Below are positions 54,680 to 64,000 of a stretch of 64,000 nucleotides of DNA, piece after piece. A model generated the notes under the pieces. It searched no databases. It saw nothing but the letters and a program-made list of their open reading frames with translations, and was not told the origin of the DNA. The translations under genes and the position numbers were made by a program. This DNA is from Laetmonice hystrix (lineage: Eukaryota), in assembly GCA_965235115.1 (NCBI GenBank), contig OZ249436.1:11224001-11288000 (forward strand). Reading direction: 5' to 3'. Numbering within the stretch: position 1 is the stretch's first letter; every line of letters starts with the position of its first letter.

Positions 54680-55721
54680 TTTACAAATCCACTGCCTTCC
54701 GGCTTTATGTATGCAGGTTCGAAGAATCCCGATTTTACATTCCCTACGGTGAATTGATCTAAGCCGTAACGTTAGAATGTTAGGAATTCCCGATGGGCAG
54801 GGGGACCTTTTGTTTTTAGTGTTTAATCTTAATCTGACAAGATAAAGCGCGGATAAAGTTTGAATATAATTAAGATAGTGCAAGTATTTTTTATATATAT
54901 GTGGCATGTTTTCTATTTAGACGGGGCCTAAAACCCATAACTCCCAAACTAAAGGTTGTATGTCCATTAAAATGTCATGTTAGGATTACTTATGTACGTT
55001 ACTTTAGGTTTACACTGTCTAAACTGACGTAAAATACGAAATTAGTGTACAAATCAAGGTCTACCCCTTTTTCAAACGCCCGCTTTCAGTGGTAGGTGGC
55101 CCTTCCCATGAGGCTGTCAGCTGACCACGGGTAGAAGCATTCGGGAATCCTCGGCCATATCTTCGAAAGTAGCCTGGGGTGAAATAGGCGCCATTTTGAG
55201 CATTGCATCGCGGGTACATTTAGCCGGGACTCTCGCCAGCATGGCAGTGCTTGCAGTATTTTGCCTGCATCAGGCATGGAAGCAACTAAAATAGGCCTCC
55301 AGTGCTTTCCCCAAAGTCAGTGGGCTAGTATCATGTTCATCATACAAGTAGTCCTACCATGTGTCGTGTTGTTGTCGTGGGCGCGGCCATATTGCTTCCC
55401 ATAATTTGATAAATTACCGTATCACGCCCACTTAGGTAAATTAGGTGATTCATTTTTCTTCTTCAAACGTTCCCCTTCATACCAGAAATTTATATTTGCA
55501 CATACAACGCCGAAGGAGCAGGTGTCAATAATGCACTACTTCCTGGCTCGATGGGATATGACGGTTCACTCAGTGCCTCGCTACACAAGTCGATTTCGCC
55601 ATGTATCTGGTTGCCAATGGCGCCCATTTCACCCGAGGGTATATGCAGAAATGACGTCATATGCCCGAGGGAATCCCGAATGGGGTAGGAGGGGGCGCCC
55701 ACACAGGCCTGGCTGTGGGGG

Positions 55722-55820
55722 AGTGGCGGTGGCCTAGTGGGCATGGATGTCGACACCTTATGCTATGCGAATGGGTGCAGTAATCTTAGGGCCTGGGTTC
55801 GATTCCTGTAGAGGACTATA
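55722..55820 (+). mobile_element. tRNA-derived SINE head (Pol III A and B boxes)
   Basis: A box TGGCCTAGTGG (55730-55740) and B box GGTTCGATTCC (55796-55806); no convincing acceptor stem, so not called a tRNA. Confidence 0.55.
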
Positions 55821-58043
55821 CAACTTTTCTCTTTAGGGACATTGTCAAAGTAATTGGGTTACCCCTGATGCCCGTGCATTTCAAAAGAAAAATACAGGCC
55901 TGGCTGGATCACACATAGCCGACCAGCCGACCGATGGTTTCAGCCGACGCTGCGCCCATCGGCTGGCTGTCGCCTACACTCCCGACCGACCGATGGTCAA
56001 CCGATCCTCATTTACACTAAAAACATATAGGCCTAACTGACTTTTCATCCGATTCGTCATCGGCTGACCGTCGCTGATGTGTAGGCTAATCAGAGAGTCG
56101 GCTAGCTCAGCCGAGGTCGGTGACCAGTCGGCTTCCGAACCAATCGAATCAAATCATTTTGATTGTGTCGGTTGGTCGGTTAACGATCGGTTCAGTGGTG
56201 ACTGAGGCGTTTCCAACAAAACGGCGTTTGGTCACGTCATGTGACGTGATGTTGTCCGTACAAATAGCCTAGGTGGCCTAATCTAGGCAGAATAACATAT
56301 AGCTAGGTCTAGGAGCTGACATATTTGTCAACCCGACAGAAAATCTAAGTGACAAAGCGGCAAGGTCATGACCGGTACTGGGTCTTATAAACAATTAATA
56401 TACAAATATTGGATGGCGGCGAGTCCTGTATAGTGGACGAGCTGCCATCCAACATTTGCTATATTATGCACCTGTAAAATATTGATAATCCATCTTCCTG
56501 CATTCTCTGTGGGACGTTGCTTCTACTTTGACGTCGTTTCTATGATTTCCAGAGCGAACCGTCCCATATTGTATTTTCGGGACGGTCACGTGGTACAAAT
56601 GGACTAATCAGATTGCTTAGCTGCGCCAGGTGTACCTATACCATTGAAAACCAAAGGATGGCAAACAGTGTGCATCAGGGATACGTTCGCAACGTGAGCG
56701 CTGAACTCATAACAAATTCTTCTGCGATGTTAATGGGACATTGTGGGCCTCATAGTATCAGGACTCTAATACAGAATCTTCAATTTCAATGAGCAACTGA
56801 AAGTTGACCCGTCAGCATCCTTGATAGCGACCGTACATGCATACGTATTGACGTCTTTGTTGCAGTATAATGCATGCCCTACTTTCTTAGAAGCTCGACT
56901 ACATCGGACGCTGCGATATACATAAAATTGTATGTAGGCCTATGTATGTACATCTATAGGCCTATGTATAGATCTAGCCTACATAAAATCTACTCGTTAT
57001 ATTTTGTTGTTGACTACTCAAAGTGTGTTTTGTTAAGAATCCTTACAAAGTAAGTTGCTTATCTCTACTCGTAACTTGTGAGAATCCCATTTATCTGGGC
57101 CGCATAGCCTACCTGGCGGAAATATTCTAAGTTCTATTGGCCAGTGGACAGAGAGATATTGGTCTTAGAAAATTTCATACAAGTCTAACGCCAAGGTAAG
57201 TGGGATTCTGCCATATAGGCCTATGCAGTGTATCTTGTAGGCCTACGAGGTGTTTCTGAAGAAGGTCTACCTTGTAATAGAGATTGTTGTACAATAATAT
57301 CGTCTTCAATGTACATGTAGGGCCTACAAGGAGAGACACCTTCCATTGCAGGGTAATTTAATTTCCATTTTGTGAATAATGGGAAATGGTTGTTCCAATA
57401 TAATAACGGCCAAATATAGCTGAAGGCTCAATTATCCTGCGAGTTGCACTTTATAAAACGCATACGTTGGAGAAGGCAGTTTAGTGTTAATTCTATAGAT
57501 TTTATAGTGTAAGATAAGAAAAAGTTGCGTTGCGAGAACTCACTAGATGGCGCACACGACCTTTTCACCAGATGGGAAATAAAAGTAACCATGATTTGAG
57601 TCCTAATGAATTACACGATCTTCCAATTAAATTTTACCAAAGTAACGGAACTAATTAAGTTCTCTTAAAGAAAAGAGTCTGACGGAAGAGTTTGTTCACG
57701 TCATAGAGCTGTGTATGGGGGTTCCCCCTAACCAGGCGATATAGTCCTTCAACATACGGCTAACTGCTAGGTCTAGGCAAACATATGATATAGGTCTTTG
57801 ATCTAGGCCTACGGTGCACGTTCGTTAAGAATTAATTTCATGAATTAATTAAATAAAATTACTTTTCTGTAAAGTTTAACAGTATCGGCCTTTTGTTAAC
57901 TTCAACCCATTTCGGACTACTAGTGTAAATTCGGTTTTCAAAATCAAAATTAAGTTAAACTAAACTGCTTTGACAAACTGAAATGTATCCATTAGGATAG
58001 TCCAAAAATGGTCCAGCATTGTTATAAAAATGATAGAATTAAA

Positions 58044-58941
58044 GATTGTGCCGTGCTGGGCCATGCAGCGTGAGGTAAACAAGGGTTAGAATTACAGATT
58101 ATGGCATGCTGGGCCATGCAGCGTGAGGTATACAAGGGTTAGAATGATAGATTATGGCATGCTGGGCCATACAGCGTGAGGTATACAAGGGTTATAATTA
58201 CAGATTATGGCATGCTGGGCCATACAGCGTAAGGTATACAAGGGTTATAATTACAGATTATGGCATGCTGGACCATACAGCGTGAGGTATACAAGGGTTA
58301 TAATTACAGATTATGGCATGCTGGACCATACAGCGTGAGGTATACAAGGGTTATAATTACAGATTATGGCATGCTGGGCCATACAGCGTGAGGTATACAA
58401 GGGTTAGAATTCCAGATTATAGCGTGCTGGGCCATACAGCGTGAGGTATACAAGGGTTAGAATTACAGATTATGGCATGCTGGGCCATGCAGCGTGAGGT
58501 ATACAAGGGTTAGAATTACAGATTATGGCATGCTGGGCCATGCAGCGTGAGGTATACAAGGGTTAGAATGATAGATTATGGCATGCTGGGCCATACAGCG
58601 TGAGGTATACAAGGGTTAGAATGACATATTATGGCATGCTGGGCGATACAGCGTGAGGTATACAAGGGTTAGAATTACAGATTATGGCATGCTGGGCCAT
58701 GCAGCGTGAGGTATACAAGGGTTAGAATTACAGATTATGGCATGCTGGGCCATACAGCGTGAGGTATACAAGGGTTAGAATTACAGATTATGGCATGCTG
58801 GGCCATACAGCGTGAGGTATACAAGGGTTAGAATTACAGATTATGGCATGCTGGGCCATACAGCGTGAGGTATATAAGGGTTAGAATTCCAGATTATAGC
58901 GTGCTGGGCCATGCAGCGTGAGGTATATAAGGGTTAGAATT
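58044..58941. repeat. Minisatellite, 53-bp unit, about 17 copies
   Basis: GATTATGGCATGCTGGGCCATACAGCGTGAGGTATACAAGGGTTAGAATTACA tandem. Confidence 0.97.
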
Positions 58942-59767
58942 AAATGGGCATATTATGAGGAAACGTGAAAAATCGGTATTTCAAAGAACTTTTGCTGTTT
59001 TCATAAAGAGACAGACTTATCAGTTTCATTTTGCATGAGAAATCGAAGTTTATGAAGCTCCATTGCTGGCCATCTGAAAAAACGGCTCCAACCATCGTTT
59101 GCACGTGGCTTTTGTTGATCGATCGAGTGCAACTGCTGAATTGTTTACAACTAAGCGAAGCACGTGACTATAAGCACATGCAGAGAGTGCACACGTAGGA
59201 TGTGACGCAGTACGCGATTACACGGGTTGATGGGAGGTTGTCTACCACATTATGGCGGGAGATGTGCTATCGGGAGAAATCTATGCGTTTGATCGTATAG
59301 AACCTACTTGTGCTGCATACGAAGCGAAAACACGTCGGAGGACAAAATGCTGTGGTAGGATTATTTACTTGGATCCCTAGTACACGGTCATGTTGGATAA
59401 TTGCCGGAAATCCTCCAAAACGTGTTCCATAGCATGCCCGTTTAAAGATTATGGCGTGCTGGGCCAGCCCGAGGTATATCATCAGGGACAAACAAAACGT
59501 CTTTTGTCTCATTGCGTGCGAACTCGTCAAAACCAATGATTATTCGTTAAACATAGCGAAACAAAAGACAGCTGCTTGTGTACCGCTGCTTGGTAATCTC
59601 CCGAATCATGAGACTGCTGTTTCACGGAACGGGATGGGTGTGTATGTGGGGGGGGGGGGGGTTATCGATATAACTATGGCATTTTATAATGAAAGATAGG
59701 ATTACGGATAAATGATTTCGTTTATCGGATTATTTGTCTTTAAAAAATCAGAAGCGGGATTAGTGTT

Positions 59768-60038
59768 CAGTGGGGAATCCAGGATTTTGATAAGGGGGGG
59801 GGGGGGGTGCATCTAAAAAGATTTTTAGCCTCGCTACGCTCGGCATGACTTGATTCGCCTATTGAGTTATATTGCTGCTCGACTAAGGAGGCCCTTTTGG
59901 GCCCGAGGTTACTATCACATACAATAAAAGAGTTTTTTTTTTAAATTGGGAATCCTGGTTCCAAGGGAATAATGCATCCTCATAAAAAAGAAGGAAAATC
60001 TAAGAGGGCCGGGCCCCCTGCCCCCCGGGTCCCCACTG
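59768..60038. mobile_element. hAT-like MITE
   Basis: CAGTGGGGAATCC ... GGGTCCCCACTG termini with poly-G/C subterminal tracts; TSD not preserved. Confidence 0.65.
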
Positions 60039-60130
60039 GTGTGACATCATACTCTTTTTATAGTATAGTATATGATAGACTGTTCTTTAATTTACATTTT
60101 TCAATCAGTTATTTGTCCTTTCTGATGCAG

Positions 60131-60415
60131 AACGATTTAAAGCGGTTATGGCGTCGATGGTTTCCGTGTTGCCGTTGCCTGCCGTGTCTTGCGACGGGCC
60201 TGTCGAGGGAGTCGACGATTGCCGTGAAAGAGTACAGTCGGTGTGACAGGCAGAACAGCTCCAGTGGCTCGGGAACCGTCAGGCCAGCCGACTCATCTAA
60301 GAAACTACTCAGTGTCAAGATGAACGGCGTCGGCAAGTGCGAGACGGGCCTCAGTTGTAAAGATTCACTTCTACGGCCAAGTGTTCAAAGATCGTCGAAA
60401 AGTATAGACGTGTGA
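60131..60415 (+). CDS. Same GPCR, coding exon 3 (helix 8 and cytoplasmic tail, stop)
   Basis: Acceptor TTTGTCCTTTCTGATGCAG|AAC. FR-NDLKRLW completes a typical helix 8, followed by the Cys cluster PCCRCLPC and a Ser-rich tail, ending SKSIDV* (TGA 60413-60415). Total 422+74+94 = 590 aa. Confidence 0.8.
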   Translation, partial: NDLKRLWRRWFPCCRCLPCLATGLSRESTIAVKEYSRCDRQNSSSGSGTVRPADSSKKLLSVKMNGVGKCETGLSCKDSLLRPSVQRSSKSIDV

Positions 60416-61215
60416 AGTATATGACATTATGTCAGAGAAAATTCTCTGATGTCAAGCACATCGCTGCCTCAGGAGAGTAGAGAAAAAGTGAAGGGAACAA
60501 GGAACGAATGAAAAGGGGACGGGGATTTTTCATGTGGAGAAAGTGTGCAGGTTGACGGAGGCCTCTTGATGACCGTCTTAAGTTTTAATGTGAACAGGCT
60601 CTGAAGAGTGAACAACATCAGCCCGGTTTATAAATGGCTTCCACCGTCGTCACCAGCATCGTGCTTTGTCGTTATTGGATATGTGATACTACAGGTGCGT
60701 GTTTTAATGTACGTGAAACACTGAATGTATTGTGTAAACTTCCGACCGTCACGAGAGCTGCTGCCGTGCGACCGGACTCGCTGTCCTGTCATAACCCCAA
60801 TTATTGTATATCCACGGAAGTGAAAGGTACGTGTTGTGAAACTGTGCTGCACATCCCAACAATTAACATTATAAAGTTTCATGTCGAAGTGGGAGTAGAG
60901 CCGATATCAATAGTCTATTTTTCTATGATGGCTACCCTTTGTTTTACAGAAATTAAAGACTATTATTTGTTGTGAATTGAACAGTTTTGATCTCTTCAAC
61001 TTTTTCTCTGCCCATACAATAACTTCCTCCACTTTGAATAGATCTGGTAGGGTCTAGTCTAGTATAAATGGCGGTTGAACCCGGCATTTCGACTTCGAGC
61101 GGGTCAGAGGACTAAGACAGTATTGAGAACCAATTTGAACTAACGACAAGGTTTCCCCATCGTTTAACAGATCCTGCTTATCTCGGATCAGCCCAAAGTG
61201 TCCCAATTAGTACAT

Positions 61216-61404
61216 AGGCAGTAGCGTGTCGGGGGGGGGGGGGGGGGGGGGTCGGGGGTCGACGACCCCCCCCCCCCTGCTCAGAGCCCCCAATGTTTGT
61301 TATAGGTTGATATTGATGCAAGCCTTCGGCGCCCCTATGTGGGGCTTTGCCCGCCAAATCGTCGACCCCCCCCCCCTGCCAAAAAAATCCTTCACACGAG
61401 CCTG
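61216..61404. mobile_element. Degenerate G/C-tract MITE-like element
   Basis: Poly-G then GTCGACGACCCCC and GTCGACCCCC modules; end ACACGAGCCTG partly complementary to the start. Confidence 0.45.
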
Positions 61405-61612
61405 ATATGCTTTCCCGTTCCCTCCCTAACTACGTCCTGTCACCGAGTCTGATACAAGCCGACAAATAGGAAACACCACTGACAGTGAACCTCGGCAATT
61501 ATTGTCCTTTTTAAACGGTGGCAAACCATCTCCACTTAAAATATTCCGGTTAAAAGGCGTTGTTTTTCACAATTCTTCACACTTGGGTTACGGAAATTCC
61601 CGGCTGCTGCGA

Positions 61613-64000
61613 CCTTGTGTTACAGAATCCTCCAACCTCACCGCCTTGTGTTACAGAATCCTCCAACCTCACCGCCTTGTGTTACAGAATCCTCCAACCT
61701 CACCGCCTTGTGTTACAGAATCATCCAACCTCAGCGCCTTGTGTTACAGAATCCTCCACTCTCACCGCCTTGTGTTACAGAATCCTGTAACCTCACTGCC
61801 TTGTGTTACAGAATCCTCCAACCTCACCGCCTTGTGTTACAGAATCCTCCAACCTCAATCACCGCCTTGTGTTACAGAATCCTCCAACCTCACCGCCTTG
61901 TGTTACAGAATCCTCCAACCTCAGCGCCTTGTGTTACAGAATCCTCCACTCTCACCGCCTTGTGTTACAGAATCCTGCAACATCACCGCCTTGTGTTACA
62001 GAATCCTCCAACCTCACCGACTTGTGTTACAGAATCCTCCACTCTCACCGCCTTGTGTTACAGAATCCTCCAACCTCAGCGCTTTGTGTTACAGAATCCT
62101 CCAACCTCACCGCCTTGTGTTGCAGAATCCTCCAACCTCGCCGCCTTGTGTTACAGAATCCTCCAACCTCACCACCTTGTGTTACAGAATCCTCCAACCT
62201 CACCGCCTTGTGTTATAGAATCCTCCACTTTCATCGACTTGTGTTACAGAATCCCACAACCTCACCGCCTTGTGTTAAAGAATCCTCCACTCTCACCGCC
62301 TTGTGTTACAGATTCCTCCACTCTCACCGCCTTGTGTTACAGAATCCTCCACTCTCATCGCCTTGTGTTACAGAATCCTCCAACCTCACCGCCTTGTGTT
62401 ACAGAATAATTCAACCTCACCACTTTGTGTTACAGAATCCTCCACTCTCATCGCCTTGTTTTACAGAATCCTCCACTCTCACCGCCTTGTGTTACAGAAT
62501 CCTCCAACCTCACCGCCTTGTGTTACAGAATCCTCCGACCTCACCGCCTTGTGTTACAGAATCCTCCACTCTCATCGCCTTGTTTTACAGAATCCTCCGA
62601 CCTCACCGCCTTGTGTTACAGAATCCTCCACTCTCACCGCCTTGTGTTACAGAATCCTCCACTCTCATCGCCTTGTGTTACAGAATCCTCCAACCTCACC
62701 GCCTTGTGTTACAGAATCCTCCACTCTCACCGCCTTGTGTTACAGAATCCTCCACTCTCACCGCCTTGTGTTACAAAATCCTCCACTCTCATCGCCTTGT
62801 GTTACAGAATCCTCCAACCTCACCGCCTTGTGTTACAGAATCCTGCACTCTCATCGACTTGTGTTACAGAATCCTCCAACCTCACCGCCTTGTGTTACAG
62901 AATCCTCCACTCTCACCGCCTTGTGTTACAGAATCCTCCACTCTCATCGCCTTGTGTTACAGAATCCTCCAACCTCACCGCCTTGTGTTACAGAATCCTC
63001 CAACTTAACCGCCTTGTGTTACAGAATAATCCAACCTCACCACCTTGTGTTACAGAATCTTCCAACCTAACCGCCTTGTGTTACAGAATCCTCCACTCTC
63101 ACCGCCTTGTGTTACAGAATCCTCCACTCTCACCGCCTTGTGTTACAGAATCCTCCACTCTCACCGCCTTGTGTTACAGAATCTTCCACTCTCACCACCT
63201 TGTGTTACAGAATCTTCCACTCTCACCGACTTGTGTTACAGAATCCTCCACTCTCACCGCCTTGTGTTACAGAATCCTCCGACCTCACCGCCTTGTGTTA
63301 CAGAATCCTCCAACCTCACCGCCTTGTGTTACAGAATCCTCCAACCTCACCGCCTTGTGTTACAGAATCCTGTAACCTTACCGCCTTGTGTTACAGAATC
63401 CTCCACTCTCACCGCCTTGTGTTACAGAATCCTCCGACCTCACCGCCTTGTGTTACATAATCCTCCAACCTCACCGCCTTGTGTTACAGAATCCTCCACT
63501 CTCACCGCCTTGTGTTACAGAATCCTCCGACCTCACCGCCTTGTGTTACAGAATCCTCCAACCTCACCGCCTTGTGTTACAGAATCCTCCACTCTCACCG
63601 CCTTGTGTTACAGAATCTTCCACTCTCACCACCTTGTGTTACAGAATCTTCCAACCTCACCGCCTTGTGTTACAGAATCCTCCAACCTCACCGCCTTGTG
63701 TTACAGAATCCTCCAACCTCACCGCCTTGTGTTACAGAATCCTGTAACCTCACCGCCTTGTGTTACAGAATCCTCCAACCTCACCGCCTTGTGTTACAGA
63801 ATCCTCCAACCTCACCGCCTTGTGTTACATAATCCTCCAACCTCACCGCCTTGTGTTACAGAATCCTCCCCTCTCACCGCCTTGTGTTACAGAATCCTCC
63901 AACCTCACCGCCTTGTGTTACAGAATCCTTCAACCTCACTCACCACCTTGTGTTACACAATCCTGTAACCTCACCGCCTTGTGCTACAGAATCCTCCACT
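61613..64000. repeat. Large minisatellite/satellite, 31-bp unit, more than 75 copies, runs off window end
   Basis: CCTTGTGTTACAGAATCCTCCAACCTCACCG tandem; explains all long ORFs from 61502 to 63968. Confidence 0.98.

Larger units (their letters stand above)
53090..60130 (+). other. Intron 2 of the GPCR (about 7.0 kb, GT-AG, phase 0)
   Basis: GTGAGT donor; polypyrimidine tract plus GCAG acceptor. Confidence 0.78.

Noticed and set aside
55722..55820. tRNA gene
   Set aside because: A and B boxes present but no consistent cloverleaf or acceptor stem; treated as a SINE head.
1..64000. CRISPR array interpretation of the tandem repeats
   Set aside because: Units are contiguous with no unique spacers, there are no cas genes, and the context is a spliced eukaryotic gene.

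Overview
Eukaryotic (animal, probably invertebrate; taxon is inference only) genomic DNA. The only intact gene I can support is a + strand class A (rhodopsin-like) neuropeptide-type GPCR. It has three coding exons (5865-7130, 52868-53089, 60131-60415), canonical GT-AG phase-0 introns of about 45.7 kb and 7.0 kb, and a predicted 590-aa product with an unusually long (about 205 aa) His-rich N-terminus. The rest is repeat-rich: about 13 mutually unrelated minisatellite arrays (22-64 bp units, five of them 53-55 bp), many non-autonomous TIR elements (hAT-, Mutator- and PIF/Harbinger-like MITEs, some nested), tRNA-derived SINE fragments and several heavily decayed Ty3/Gypsy pol relics recognisable only by motif order. 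Nearly all other ORFs in the track are repeat-derived or chance. I found no CRISPR array or prokaryotic-type system and cannot honestly claim a new biological system. The best leads are the receptor architecture (uORF, long His-rich N-terminus, possible intron-retained truncated isoform), the minisatellite unit-length clustering and hairpin content, and a MULE-type MITE family carrying NF-Y/CRE motifs.
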